64,000 bases of DNA from Gammaproteobacteria bacterium (GCA_965222155.1 CBDCTH010000004.1:352001-416000); one strand, 5' to 3'; shown: positions 1-10,824, counted from the first letter of the stretch. Made by a program: numbers and translations. Notes: a model not told the origin generated them from the sequence alone.

Positions 1-384
1 TTTCTTGGCCTCCCATAGTTTTCCAATGACTATTCCTGCTATACATGTGCTTATTCCTGTCACAAGTCCGATTATCCCGAGAAATATTGGTAGAACGGAA
101 TAATTTTCAATGAATAAGATGCTCAATACGGAAATAATAAGAACCAGACTATATCCGAGCACCATGGATTTTATTCTGATGTAATCAAAAAGGAAATACG
201 CAGCTAAGGTACCTGCTAAAAAGCCGCCGGTAAGAAATGAAAAAATTGCCGTCGTGGAAGTGACTTCCTTATTATATGCACTTGCTATCGGACCCGTGAG
301 CAAACCAATCTGTGTGACAAAACCGGCGATCACTACATATATTAAAATACAGATCAGCGAAAGCCTTAACTTTTCAGAAGTCAT
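1..384 (-). CDS. MFS transporter (TsgA-like), 5' part only; runs off window
   Basis: Hand translation from ATG at 384: MTSEKLRLSLICILIYVVIAGFVTQIGLLTGPIASAYNKEVTSTTAIFSFLTGG...; successive hydrophobic helices, open to position 1. Confidence 0.65.
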   Translation of the reverse strand, partial: MTSEKLRLSLICILIYVVIAGFVTQIGLLTGPIASAYNKEVTSTTAIFSFLTGGFLAGTLAAYFLFDYIRIKSMVLGYSLVLIISVLSILFIENYSVLPIFLGIIGLVTGISTCIAGIVIGKLWEAKK

Positions 385-498
385 CTAAGGTTTGTCTGTT
401 TTTGCCGGCCAGATTATTTCAATTAAACGGAGTTTCCAAATACTAAAACCAATTTGTTTGATATCTCGTCCAGGATATATTCAGAGGTAAAACAACCT

Positions 499-1569
499 TT
501 ATCGCATAAAATGATATGCAGGATGTGCCCTTGGATAAGTCTTGACAAATTGAAGAAATCTAACTACGGATGCATCAGCTTCGGTTAGTAAACCAGGATC
601 ATAATGCTGATCGCGGAGTATAATATGATCCTCATCCAGCATGGTTTCCCACATATCTGTAATTTCTGCTACTAATTCTCGTGCTTCAGCTTCCTCCTTA
701 TCTGAACCATTGCCTTTGTGAACCGCCGTCACATAATAATGCGAACTTGTCCCTGGTTTTGGTATTCCCAAGGCTGATAATAGAAAATGCCAGCGACCAT
801 TGAACGTTCCATGATTATGCCATAATGTGGTGCCTGTAATTTGTGCTTTATATACCAGTTTATCTTCCACTCCACCTGGTAATTGTCGGTTAACCGGGGC
901 ATCAAATTTTACAGTGTATTTATCATATTGATAGCTAGTCTCAGGATCAGGCCTATCGACATCTGCAATACTCATGTGGTGTACACAAGCGAAATGAGCC
1001 CAGTCCGGGGTGTTGCCTCTGATAGACCATGGGTCAACCGGCCAAGGGGGGCGGGGATCTTCGTGGGTAGAGATCAGGAGTTCATCGGGTGTATATTTTC
1101 CATCTTCAAAAAGATCGGGGAATGGATAGAGCGGAGACACTCCGTTAAAGGCAAAGATTATTCCGCAATGCTCTTCAGTGGGGAATGAGAATAACTTTGC
1201 TCTGGCGGGTGGCTTATCTCCAACACCTGTTCGAATACATTGTCCCAGCTCATCATATTCCCAATGGTGGAACGCGCATCTGAGTTCGTTGCCAATAACC
1301 TTTCCGTTGGCGAGATTAGCGCCCATATGTAAACAATAAGCACTGAATACCTTTGCTATTCCATCTTCTCCACGGAAGATTACAACCTGTCCATCAAGAA
1401 AATCTTTGCCGATCACACTTCCCACTGAGACCTCTGATGATAAACAGATGGGAAACCACGATTGAGTAAACAGGTTGTCCGTACCTTCTACTGGAATAGA
1501 AAATCTATTTCTTGGCCTTTCCAGATGTGGCGAACCTGAAGCTGTATCAACGTTTGTATCAGTCATCAT
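499..1569 (-). CDS. Rieske [2Fe-2S] non-heme iron oxygenase alpha subunit (VanA/KshA-like)
   Basis: Rieske motifs CLH and CAFH; DWAHFACVH mononuclear iron motif; GGAG RBS before ATG 1569. Confidence 0.9.
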   Translation of the reverse strand: MMTDTNVDTASGSPHLERPRNRFSIPVEGTDNLFTQSWFPICLSSEVSVGSVIGKDFLDGQVVIFRGEDGIAKVFSAYCLHMGANLANGKVIGNELRCAFHHWEYDELGQCIRTGVGDKPPARAKLFSFPTEEHCGIIFAFNGVSPLYPFPDLFEDGKYTPDELLISTHEDPRPPWPVDPWSIRGNTPDWAHFACVHHMSIADVDRPDPETSYQYDKYTVKFDAPVNRQLPGGVEDKLVYKAQITGTTLWHNHGTFNGRWHFLLSALGIPKPGTSSHYYVTAVHKGNGSDKEEAEARELVAEITDMWETMLDEDHIILRDQHYDPGLLTEADASVVRFLQFVKTYPRAHPAYHFMR

Positions 1570-1722
1570 GACCACTCCATCTAATTGTTTAATAAGATTT
1601 ATCCTTTGTTATACCTGTTCAAATGGATTTTATTGGATCCCATATTCAGAATTTTTGAGTGGGATATTTATAAAGTTATTTGCACTAGGTAAATAAATAT
1701 CACTATAATGGTATAACAATTT

Positions 1723-1750
1723 TATAAAATATAAAATATAAAATATAAAA
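1723..1750. repeat. (TATAAAA)x4 simple sequence repeat in divergent promoter region
   Basis: Read directly between the Rieske and TBDR genes. Confidence 0.8.
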
Positions 1751-1889
1751 TATAATTTGTTTTATATTAATTTAGGATTTAAAATAGCAGCATCAGTTGT
1801 GAGTTATATCTTAATTTGGGGCGAGCAGGAGTTAAGTCTCAATGGTGTTCTCTACTATGAAGTTTGATCAAGGTTAAGGGGGGCAGAAT

Positions 1890-4295
1890 ATGAATAGTAA
1901 CAATACACTAGTAAATCGTTTCGTTAATTGGCAATCAATTATAATTTTTCTCGCGATTTTCACTAACGGAACATATTTACCTATGACTTATGCGCAAAGC
2001 TCCATATTGGAAGAAGTGGTAGTTACAGCACGTAAAAGAGGAGCAGAATCTCTGCAAGACATCGGTGGCAGCATACAAGCGATCAATGGTGATGACCTGG
2101 CGGCAAATGCTGCAACTGGATTTAACGATTATATGAGATTGGTACCTAGCTTAGCCTACAATAACTCAGGGCCTGGTCAGACCCAATTACAGTTGCGCGG
2201 TGTCAATACGACAAGATTGAACCGCTTTAACGCAAACGTACCTGCAACAGTTGGTGTCTTTTTTGATGAAACCCCTTTGACAACATCTGGTTATCAGCCC
2301 GATTCAGGATTGATTGATATAGACCGTGTCGAAGTGCTGCGCGGCCCTCAGGGAACATTATTCGGGGCCAGTTCCATGTCGGGTGCGATCCGCATCATTC
2401 CCAAAGCGCCTGACTTTGAAGAGTTCGCGGCTGAAGGAGGTGTTTCTGCCTCACATACGAAACATGGTGACCCCAATTATGCGGGACATGCGGTAGTCAA
2501 TCTACCTGTTGCAGATAATTTCGCCGCGCGTTTCGTGGGTTTTAGTCATTCTAATGGTGGATTCATTGATAATGTCTATCCTCTTGGCGGCGATGAGGAC
2601 TATAACAGTGACGATACCTGGGGCGGCCGTGTTTCCGGTCTCTGGGATGCCTCTGATGACCTAACCTTGAAAGGCACATTTGCCTACCAGAAGACTAAGG
2701 CGGATGGCCGACCGGATGAGTACGTCCCAAATGACCCGATGGCGGGTATAGCAGCAGTAATGCAAGTAAGTCATCTTATATCCAGCGAATCACTGTCGCA
2801 GTGGCAGGTAACAGATGAGTTACAAACAGCAAAACCCATTGATGAAACGTTTGATGATGAAATGTGGTTTGCTACATTGCAGGCTGACTGGACGGTGAAC
2901 GAACGCTTACAGGTAACGTCTGTGACTGCCTATTCAGAACGGGACATTCTGGATATTCTGGAGGATACCCCGCGTTTTCGCGATTTTGCTTTACAGGCCG
3001 GCGGCATGTGTGGGGCAGTTTCCGGAGCCTGTGTTGGCGCCAACAACGATATTCCGGTTGTGGGTGCAACAAACATCAATGATACAAGGATGGAGCGTTT
3101 CAGCCAGGACCTGCGTGCCAATTTTGAATTAACAGAAAATATCTCAGGCCTGTTGGGATTCTATTATGAAGATGAACAACGTCTTTTTATATCGGATCTG
3201 CCAATACCCGGGTGGGATGCCTGGACACTTACTCCGATTGGCAGCTTCTATGGTTTTGTGCCCCCCAGCGTAATAGCTGATTCTGAAGGTATTGACAACA
3301 CCTTTCACGGTGTATTCGATATAAAAACAGAACAATTTGCGTTTTACGGCGAAGCGTCACTTCGTTTTGGCGATATCGAAGTTACTGGAGGGTTCCGCTA
3401 CTTCGATTATACACAAGATACATTCCTGGACTGGGCAGGCTGGGCCGAGTTTGGCCGCGATATAGTTGATGAATCAATATCGGAAAATGGCGTCAATCCA
3501 AAAGGTGAAATTGTCTACCATGTAAACGATGACATGCTGTTTTACGCCTCTGTAACGAAAGGATTCCGCTTGGGCGCTGTATCGCAAGTTGTCAACCTGG
3601 GTTTTTGTGCGGATGAAATTGCGGGCCTGGGAATAACCGAACTTCCACCCTTCGTTGAAAGCGATTCACTTTGGAATTACGAAGGGGGTGTTAAAGCAAC
3701 ATTATTAGGTAATACCACAGTACGTGTTTCGGGATACCATATCGACTGGAAAGATGCGCGAAATACGGTGAATCTCCAGTGTGGATGGATCGTCGAATTA
3801 GGGGATCTCCAGGTAGACAGTGATGGTATGGAATTGGAAGTCGCAAGTCAACTCGGTGAAGGTTTGTCTGTAAATTTTGCACTGGGATATAACAAATCTG
3901 AATTGAGTAAGGATGCGGGCAACATTAACGCATTTGCAGGTGACAGGACGCCATATGTTCCGGAATGGACCGCCAATGTTGGTTTTAGTTACGTTAACCC
4001 CGAGGCTTTTTTAGGTTGGGATTGGTCACTTCGAGGAGATATGTCATACGTCGATGATCAGGTTACCGAGTTAGGGACCGGCGGTGCCGTGCCGCTTCGT
4101 ACTATTCCCAGTAGTACAACCTTCAACCTTTACACTGGTTTTGCCACCGATAAGTGGGAGTTAACCCTCTATGCTAAAAACTTGACGAATGAAAGAGTGG
4201 TCACAGGTGCAGATTTTGATCGTCGACAACCGTTACATTATACACGGGGTCGACCGCTTAACATTGGTGCATCCCTGCGCTTTTTTTTCAATTGA
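1890..4295 (+). CDS. TonB-dependent receptor
   Basis: TonB box LEEVVVTARKR, plug motif RVEVLRGPQGTLFG, C-terminal aromatic beta-strand. Confidence 0.95.
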   Translation: MNSNNTLVNRFVNWQSIIIFLAIFTNGTYLPMTYAQSSILEEVVVTARKRGAESLQDIGGSIQAINGDDLAANAATGFNDYMRLVPSLAYNNSGPGQTQLQLRGVNTTRLNRFNANVPATVGVFFDETPLTTSGYQPDSGLIDIDRVEVLRGPQGTLFGASSMSGAIRIIPKAPDFEEFAAEGGVSASHTKHGDPNYAGHAVVNLPVADNFAARFVGFSHSNGGFIDNVYPLGGDEDYNSDDTWGGRVSGLWDASDDLTLKGTFAYQKTKADGRPDEYVPNDPMAGIAAVMQVSHLISSESLSQWQVTDELQTAKPIDETFDDEMWFATLQADWTVNERLQVTSVTAYSERDILDILEDTPRFRDFALQAGGMCGAVSGACVGANNDIPVVGATNINDTRMERFSQDLRANFELTENISGLLGFYYEDEQRLFISDLPIPGWDAWTLTPIGSFYGFVPPSVIADSEGIDNTFHGVFDIKTEQFAFYGEASLRFGDIEVTGGFRYFDYTQDTFLDWAGWAEFGRDIVDESISENGVNPKGEIVYHVNDDMLFYASVTKGFRLGAVSQVVNLGFCADEIAGLGITELPPFVESDSLWNYEGGVKATLLGNTTVRVSGYHIDWKDARNTVNLQCGWIVELGDLQVDSDGMELEVASQLGEGLSVNFALGYNKSELSKDAGNINAFAGDRTPYVPEWTANVGFSYVNPEAFLGWDWSLRGDMSYVDDQVTELGTGGAVPLRTIPSSTTFNLYTGFATDKWELTLYAKNLTNERVVTGADFDRRQPLHYTRGRPLNIGASLRFFFN

Positions 4296-4449
4296 TTGAA
4301 GATTGGAGCTTCGCTTAAACCCTGTTCAAGGCAGAGGGTCGGTCGGGTTAATAATATCTCAACTTTGACGCGAATGTTCGGGTTCATGGATGGGCATGTC
4401 ATTGGTTTTATAAAACTTGGCCTGATAGCTCGAAACGAGGGATGATATT

Positions 4450-5322
4450 ATGAAAGTGGCTTTTATTGGGCTCGGTATCATGGGCAGCCGAATGGCTCAA
4501 AATCTCCTAAGCGCAGGGCATGAATTAGTTGTACACAACCGGACCCATTCAAAAGCGGAGGGATTGCTTAGCAATGGTGCTGTTTTTGCCGAAGCACCTC
4601 CCATAGCAGCACAGGGTGCGGATGTATTGATCACGATGCTTGCTGAGCCTGCCACGGTTAATGCGGTGGCACGAGGCGAGCATGGTTTTCTCAATAGTTT
4701 GTCTCACGACACCGTATGGATGGATTGTAGTACCGTCGATCCAGCTTTCGCACGCGAAATAGCTGCCGAGTGCAAACAGCGAGGGCTTCGCTTTCTCGAA
4801 ACGCCGGTCTCGGGCACACGTGTGCATGCAGAAGAAGGTGCTTTAAAATTTAGTGTGGGAGGAGATAAGACCGATCTAGAGGTGGTTAGACCATTGATGG
4901 AAATTATGGGTAGTCAAATTGATTACTTAGGTCCATGCGGTAGCGCCTCTTCCATGAAATTGGTATTGAACCATATGATGGCATGCTCGGTTACGGCGTT
5001 CGCGGAAAGTGCTGTGCTAGGTCAGGCTCTGGGAATTGATCGCGATATGTTATTCGACCAAATAACAGGTAGTGTTGTTGCGGCACCTTTTTTAGTGACT
5101 GAAAAGGAAAAGATGAAGGGAATGGAATTCGAAATCGATTTCCCGCTGAACTTAATGACTAAGGACATGACGTTAATCTCCCAAGCCGCCTATGATGTGG
5201 GAGTCGTGATGCCGATAGCAAACTGTGTAAAAGAATCATATCAACTTGCAGAAGAGCATGGATATGGCGATGACGACTATACCGCTATTTATAAATTTTT
5301 AAATCATACGCAGTGTAAATAG
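4450..5322 (+). CDS. NAD(P)-dependent oxidoreductase, beta-hydroxyacid (3-hydroxyisobutyrate) dehydrogenase family
   Basis: MKVAFIGLGIMGSRMA Rossmann start, ETPVSG and KLVLN motifs. Confidence 0.9.
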   Translation: MKVAFIGLGIMGSRMAQNLLSAGHELVVHNRTHSKAEGLLSNGAVFAEAPPIAAQGADVLITMLAEPATVNAVARGEHGFLNSLSHDTVWMDCSTVDPAFAREIAAECKQRGLRFLETPVSGTRVHAEEGALKFSVGGDKTDLEVVRPLMEIMGSQIDYLGPCGSASSMKLVLNHMMACSVTAFAESAVLGQALGIDRDMLFDQITGSVVAAPFLVTEKEKMKGMEFEIDFPLNLMTKDMTLISQAAYDVGVVMPIANCVKESYQLAEEHGYGDDDYTAIYKFLNHTQCK

Positions 5323-5397
5323 TATATTTGGGTTTGAAACTAAGGTGAGACATCACACCAGCGAAATAAATAGCCGAGGTTCTACCACGGAGAGAAG

Positions 5398-6459
5398 TTG
5401 ATGCAATTTTCCAATATGATTACTGCAGTAGATGCACATGCTTGTGGAGAGCCTGGGCGTGTCATTACAGCGGGAGTGTTAGATGTGCCCGGGCAGTCAA
5501 TGTTCGACAAGATGAAGTGGATGGAAGCCAATGCCGATTACATCCGTCTGCGGATGTTACGTGAGCCCAGGGGGTATCCGGTCCTGTGCTGCAATGTCAT
5601 CATGCCTCCAACTCACCCCGACGCAGATGCTGGTTATATCATCATGGAACAGACGGAATACCCACCCATGTCAGGAACCAATACCATCTGTGTGACTACA
5701 GTGCTTCTTGAGTGCGGAATGATCCCCATGGTTGAACCCGTGACAGAATTGACATTAGAAGCCCCTGCAGGGTTGATCAAGGTTAAGGCGGATTGTGAGA
5801 ATGGAAAGGTAAAACAAGTCACTTTTAAAAACGTACCGGCATTTGCCATGCATCTGGACGCTGAAATTGATGTACCCCATTTGGGACGGGTTGTCGTTGA
5901 TATTGCCTGGGGAGGAATGTTCTATGTCATTGCCGATGCACAAAAACTAGGGATTGAACTCAGTTCTGAAAATGGTGGAGAGATCGCACGTGTGAGTGAA
6001 ATGCTACGTGTCGCTACTTGTGAACAATTACCTGTCGTCCATCCTGAAAATGATCAGATTACGGGGCCCACGATCTCTCAAATCTCCGGTCCACCAACAC
6101 ATCCTGATGCGAGTCGTAAAAATGCTGTGACAGTCGCGACCGGAATACTTGATTGGAAGCGACCGTCAACTTGGACTGGGGTTTTAGATAGGTCTCCTTG
6201 TGGCACCGGCACGTGTGCCAAAATGGCCGTGATGTATGCTAAGGGTGAATTAGCTCTCAATGAAAGATTTTGCCACGAAGGGGTGTTGGGAACCCTTTTC
6301 AATGGTAGTTTAACCGAAGAAACCCAGGTTGGCGGGTATAAGGCTGTTGTACCTACAATCAGTGGCCAAGCCTGGATTACAGGATTTGCCAACTATGTAT
6401 TAGATCCTTCCGATCCCTTTCCCAGCGGTTATAGAGTAGGTGATATTTGGGCCGGTTAG
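5398..6459 (+). CDS. Proline racemase/hydroxyproline epimerase superfamily protein (Ser/Cys dyad)
   Basis: DAHACGEPGR, PPMSGTN and DRSPCGTGT motifs. Confidence 0.9.
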   Translation: MMQFSNMITAVDAHACGEPGRVITAGVLDVPGQSMFDKMKWMEANADYIRLRMLREPRGYPVLCCNVIMPPTHPDADAGYIIMEQTEYPPMSGTNTICVTTVLLECGMIPMVEPVTELTLEAPAGLIKVKADCENGKVKQVTFKNVPAFAMHLDAEIDVPHLGRVVVDIAWGGMFYVIADAQKLGIELSSENGGEIARVSEMLRVATCEQLPVVHPENDQITGPTISQISGPPTHPDASRKNAVTVATGILDWKRPSTWTGVLDRSPCGTGTCAKMAVMYAKGELALNERFCHEGVLGTLFNGSLTEETQVGGYKAVVPTISGQAWITGFANYVLDPSDPFPSGYRVGDIWAG

Positions 6460-6530
6460 GAGCTGAATTCATTTTTCAACATAATTTCTGAGAACACTAA
6501 CCTGTATTCTCATTACGGGATAACAAATTT

Positions 6531-7025
6531 TTGATAAAACTTGTAAAAATAAGTTTCATGGTATCAATTGCACTTTGGGGCCTACTAGGTGGCATAGCTA
6601 ATTTGATGGCCTACCGGGATGGATATAATTCTGTTGCATTCGTTTTTTCTATGGAAGGAGCAATAAATGCTCCCGGCCTATGGCGTGCAATAGAAAGTCC
6701 GCCACTCATTCATATCGGGTTTGCTTTTATCTGGATTTCAAAATTAGCCATCGGATCGTTATGTTCGATTAGTGCCTTACAGCTTTGGAAGGTTCGTAAT
6801 ACAACTGTAGACGCCTTTAATTCGGCAAAAACTTTAGGCCTGGTGGGGGCTGGTATTTCCATGTTCATGCTTTTCTTTGGATTTGTCGTTATCTCTGGTA
6901 CTTATTTTGAGCTATGGCGGGACGTAGAAACAATGGGATACGAAGCGCATGTGTATGCATTCATATATTTTGGTTTTATTGGCATCCTGACCTTATTCAT
7001 CGCTCAACCAGAAATCGATAATTAG
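6531..7025 (+). CDS. Small integral membrane protein, DUF2165-like
   Basis: Four hydrophobic segments, WRAI motif, GTYFELW near C-terminus. Confidence 0.65.
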   Translation: MIKLVKISFMVSIALWGLLGGIANLMAYRDGYNSVAFVFSMEGAINAPGLWRAIESPPLIHIGFAFIWISKLAIGSLCSISALQLWKVRNTTVDAFNSAKTLGLVGAGISMFMLFFGFVVISGTYFELWRDVETMGYEAHVYAFIYFGFIGILTLFIAQPEIDN

Positions 7026-7096
7026 TGGAATTCATCAAAATAAATCTTTATTCAGTCTGTAGGCATCATTATGAACACCAATATGTGAGGTAGGAT

Positions 7097-7501
7097 ATGG
7101 TCAGTAATCGAAAGGTATTTCATTTGCATGAAGAAGCAGAAACCAATTTCGGATTTTCCCAGGCGGTCAAGGCAGGCAACTTGTTGTTTGTGTCAGGAAC
7201 GGTCTCAAGTAATGATGCCTTAGAGGCAGTGGAGACAGATAATATTGCTGGTCAATACCGTGTTATCTATGACAAGTTAAAGAGAACACTTGAAGCATTT
7301 AACTTAGGCTTCGGCCATGTGGTTAAAGAAAATATCTTCACGGAAGATTTAGCTGCTTTTTTTGAGAGCGGTAATGAAGTTCGGATGGAATATTATGACG
7401 GACTTGACTACTACCCTGCTGCTACAGCGGTTGAATCTTCACGAATCGCGTTTGATGGAAACCTGGTTGAAATCGAGTTAGTTGCAGTTTTTCCAGACTA
7501 A
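7097..7501 (+). CDS. RidA/YjgF family protein
   Basis: FSQAVKAGNLLFVSG, PAATAV and LVEIELVA motifs. Confidence 0.9.
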   Translation: MVSNRKVFHLHEEAETNFGFSQAVKAGNLLFVSGTVSSNDALEAVETDNIAGQYRVIYDKLKRTLEAFNLGFGHVVKENIFTEDLAAFFESGNEVRMEYYDGLDYYPAATAVESSRIAFDGNLVEIELVAVFPD

Positions 7502-7506
7502 CTTAA

Positions 7507-8523
7507 ATGGGTCTGGATGCAATATCAGGAAAAATAATGACTTTAAACGCTAACACGAAAATATGGATGTATGAGCAGATGCTCAAGAATCGTTACTTTG
7601 AAGCATGTATGACGGACGTCTATATGGAAGGGAAGAGTCCAAAGTTTGATTTAGCGAAAGGTATTTTTCCTGGAGAGTACCATGTGTCAGCCGGACAAGA
7701 ACCATGTGCAGCAGGTGTGATACCGCATTTACGCCATGATGACTGGTGCGGTACAGGCCACCGCTCACATCATATTGCTATAGCAAGAGGTGTTTCCGGC
7801 AAAGGAATGGCCGCGGAAATGCTGGGTAAAAAAACAGGACTTTGCAAAGGCTACGGTGGTCATATGCACTTATTTGATAAGAGTAAGAACTTTTCCACAA
7901 CAGGGATAGTTGCCGAAGGTATGCCAATGGCGCTAGGTGCAGCGCTGAGTTACAAAATGCGTGGCAGAGATAATGTTGCGGTCGTGTTTGTCGGCGAGGG
8001 TGCCGCAAATCAGGGAGCATTCCATGAAACGCTGAATATGGCTGGTTTATGGCGATTACCCTTAATTACCATTATAGAAGATAACTCATGGGGGGTATCC
8101 GTCTCAAAAAAAGAATCAACAGCCGTAGAGTCCAATGTTGCCAGGGCCGAGGGCTATAACATGCCGGGGATCCTGGTAGAAGATAATGATCCCTATCTGG
8201 TATATGAAGCAGCACGAGAGGCTGTAGGCAGGGCACGTGAAGGCGCTGGGCCGACGCTAATTGAGATTCAAACCGTACGGATGGAGGGGCATTTTAAAGG
8301 AGACGTCGAGCAGTATCGACCGGCCGAAGAAAAGAGTGCTTTGCCAGAAAACGATCCTATACCCAAACTACGCGCAAGACTATTAGACGAAAAAGTAACA
8401 ACAGAAGATGACCTGACGCGGCTGGAAGATGAAGTAAAAAAGGAAGTGGACTCATGGATAGTCTATGCACGTGAGAGTGAATATCCACGGCCTGAAGATG
8501 CATTAATTACTTCTTATGAATAA
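7507..8523 (+). CDS. TPP-dependent dehydrogenase E1 alpha subunit (AcoA/PdhA-like)
   Basis: GHRSHH, GGHMH, TPP-binding GEGAANQG...EDN, RMEGHF. Confidence 0.9.
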   Translation: MGLDAISGKIMTLNANTKIWMYEQMLKNRYFEACMTDVYMEGKSPKFDLAKGIFPGEYHVSAGQEPCAAGVIPHLRHDDWCGTGHRSHHIAIARGVSGKGMAAEMLGKKTGLCKGYGGHMHLFDKSKNFSTTGIVAEGMPMALGAALSYKMRGRDNVAVVFVGEGAANQGAFHETLNMAGLWRLPLITIIEDNSWGVSVSKKESTAVESNVARAEGYNMPGILVEDNDPYLVYEAAREAVGRAREGAGPTLIEIQTVRMEGHFKGDVEQYRPAEEKSALPENDPIPKLRARLLDEKVTTEDDLTRLEDEVKKEVDSWIVYARESEYPRPEDALITSYE

Positions 8524-8570
8524 ATAATAACACTCAGAGTTTACCAGGCAGATTAAAGAGAAGAATCGTA

Positions 8571-9584
8571 ATGACAAGCGTGAGTAATAGAAAGCTCAAC
8601 ATGGGGCGCGCCATCAGTGAGTCAATTGCTCAAGAAATGCGGCTTGATGATCGTGTGTTTTGTATGGGAGAGGACATTAGACACGTTGGTGGGATTTGGG
8701 GACATACCGCAGGTCTCTATGATGAATTCGGAGCAGAACGAATTATAGATACACCGATTTCAGAAACCGGATTCATTGGTGCCGGTGTTGGTGCGGCGAT
8801 TGAAGGTATGCGACCTATCGTTGATTTGATGTTTGTCGATTTCTTTGGTGTTTGTATGGGGCAAATCTACAGTGCTGCTGGCAAAACCCCTTACATGTCA
8901 GGAGGGCAAGTATCTGTACCGTTGGTTATCAATACTGCTGTTGGTGGAAGCTATGGTGACGCTGCACAGCATTCGCAGTGTTTGTACAGCACATTCGCCC
9001 ATTTACCTGGCCTCAAGGTAGTAATGCCCTCAAATTCCTATGATGCCAAAGGAATGATGACCTCTGCTATCAGAGATGATTCCCCGGTTGTATTCATGCT
9101 GCATAAAAATTGCCTGGGCGTTCCGTTTCTAGGGATCGAAGAACGAGCAACCGTAAATGTTCCCCGTGAACAGTATTGTACTCCCCTCAATAAAGCCAAT
9201 GTTATACGTGAAGGAACAGATGTGACTATCGTTAGCATGGGCATATGCCTTTATCATAGCCTCGACGCAGCAGATTCATTAGGAAAAGAGGGAATAAGTG
9301 CTGAGGTTATCGATATTCGTTCAATCGCACCGCTTGATCGTGAAACAATATTCAATTCAGTTGAAAAAACCGGGAGACTGGTCGCTGTAGATGATGATTA
9401 TCTAAGCTATGGCGTTGGTGCTGAAATTATATCGAGTGTCGTAGAAACCGATGTTCGAATTCTGAAATCCTCACCTCGACGAGTCGCCTATCCTGATATA
9501 TCAGTACCATTTTCTCCCCCTATGGAACAGTTCGCCTTGCCAAATGCGGAAAAAGTACTAGCAGCCATAAAAACAACTTTTTAA
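8571..9584 (+). CDS. TPP-dependent dehydrogenase E1 beta subunit
   Basis: DTPISETGFIG, AAQHSQ, EVIDIRSIAPLD. Confidence 0.9.
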   Translation: MTSVSNRKLNMGRAISESIAQEMRLDDRVFCMGEDIRHVGGIWGHTAGLYDEFGAERIIDTPISETGFIGAGVGAAIEGMRPIVDLMFVDFFGVCMGQIYSAAGKTPYMSGGQVSVPLVINTAVGGSYGDAAQHSQCLYSTFAHLPGLKVVMPSNSYDAKGMMTSAIRDDSPVVFMLHKNCLGVPFLGIEERATVNVPREQYCTPLNKANVIREGTDVTIVSMGICLYHSLDAADSLGKEGISAEVIDIRSIAPLDRETIFNSVEKTGRLVAVDDDYLSYGVGAEIISSVVETDVRILKSSPRRVAYPDISVPFSPPMEQFALPNAEKVLAAIKTTF

Positions 9585-9594
9585 GAAATCTAAT

Positions 9595-9825
9595 ATGGAT
9601 AACACAACAAAATTAGTATGGGAAGGAGATGGCGGTAGCCTGTTATCCCAATGGTTTTTCGAAGATGGTGATGATGTTGAAAAAGGAGACTTATTATGCG
9701 AATTAATGCAGGAGAAGGTGGCAGTTGAGGTGGAAGCGCCCGTATCTGGAAAATTAAAAATTATTATTTCCGAACCCGATACGGAAATTGCGCCGGGCAC
9801 ATTAATCGGTGAAATTTCAAGTTGA
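9595..9825 (+). CDS. Stand-alone lipoyl-domain protein
   Basis: 76 aa; WFFEDGDDVEKGDLLCELMQEKVAVEVEAPVSG with the lipoyl Lys (EKV); no E2 catalytic domain. Confidence 0.85.
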   Translation: MDNTTKLVWEGDGGSLLSQWFFEDGDDVEKGDLLCELMQEKVAVEVEAPVSGKLKIIISEPDTEIAPGTLIGEISS

Positions 9826-9849
9826 GTGTAATGTAGAGAAACATGATTT

Positions 9850-10824
9850 ATGAGTAACGATTCAGGAGTGTCATCATCGATACCCAAAATCATAAATGCA
9901 AATACAGTACTCGAAGCGACACCAATGGAAGTCCTGGTCGATGTAATTGATCATGCGTTTGCCCATCCTCCCGTTGCCCCTGAACGGCATCATCACACCA
10001 TGGAAGTCCATGAAAACGAACCTGATGCTACTTTACTGCTTATGCCAGCCTGGCGACCGGGCAAACATTTAGGCGTTAAAATAGCAACAGTTTTCCCAGG
10101 AGCCAATGCCATGGGCCTGCCCGCAGTGCAGGCTACTTATATACTGAGTCACGGCGAATCGGGTCAATTACTTGCCATTATTGATGGCAGCATGTTGACC
10201 GCACGTCGAACTGCAGCAGCTTCGGCTGTAGCCTCACGTTATTTGGCCGAAGAAGATGCCGAGACATTACTAATGGTTGGAACCGGAGCGCAAGCTCCTC
10301 ACTTGATTGAAGCGCATAGTTGTGTGCGTCCAATCAGAAAAGTATTAGTTTGGGGGAGACAAACGGAGAAAGCCAAAAACCTTATCGAACGTGTTAAAAA
10401 AGACAATATCGAATATGAGGTTGTATCTGATCTAGAATCGGCAGCCAAAATGGCAGATATAATTTCCTCTGCAACATTGTCTGAACAACCACTAATTCTA
10501 GGAGCCTGGCTAAAACCCGGTGTCCATGTGGATTTGGTAGGTAGCTTTAAACCCAATATGCGAGAAACCGATAATGAAGCGATTCAAATTGCCAAGGTGT
10601 TTGTGGATACACGCGCAGGCGCACTTTCCGAAGCTGGAGATCTCATTCAACCGATAGCCGCTAATCTATTTAGTGAGGAGTCAGTAATAGCTGAACTTTC
10701 TGAATTGTGTTCCGGCAAATGTGAAGGACGTACATCTTCCGATGAAATCACCCTTTTTAAGTCTGTTGGTGCGTCATTAGAAGACTTGGCAGCAGCTGAG
10801 ATGTTAATTAACTTAATTCAATAA
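9850..10824 (+). CDS. Ornithine cyclodeaminase/mu-crystallin family; probable Delta1-pyrroline-2-carboxylate reductase
   Basis: LLLMPAW, LTARRTAAAS, VGTGAQA, FKSVGASLEDLAAA; neighbours proline racemase and AcnX. Confidence 0.85.
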   Translation: MSNDSGVSSSIPKIINANTVLEATPMEVLVDVIDHAFAHPPVAPERHHHTMEVHENEPDATLLLMPAWRPGKHLGVKIATVFPGANAMGLPAVQATYILSHGESGQLLAIIDGSMLTARRTAAASAVASRYLAEEDAETLLMVGTGAQAPHLIEAHSCVRPIRKVLVWGRQTEKAKNLIERVKKDNIEYEVVSDLESAAKMADIISSATLSEQPLILGAWLKPGVHVDLVGSFKPNMRETDNEAIQIAKVFVDTRAGALSEAGDLIQPIAANLFSEESVIAELSELCSGKCEGRTSSDEITLFKSVGASLEDLAAAEMLINLIQ

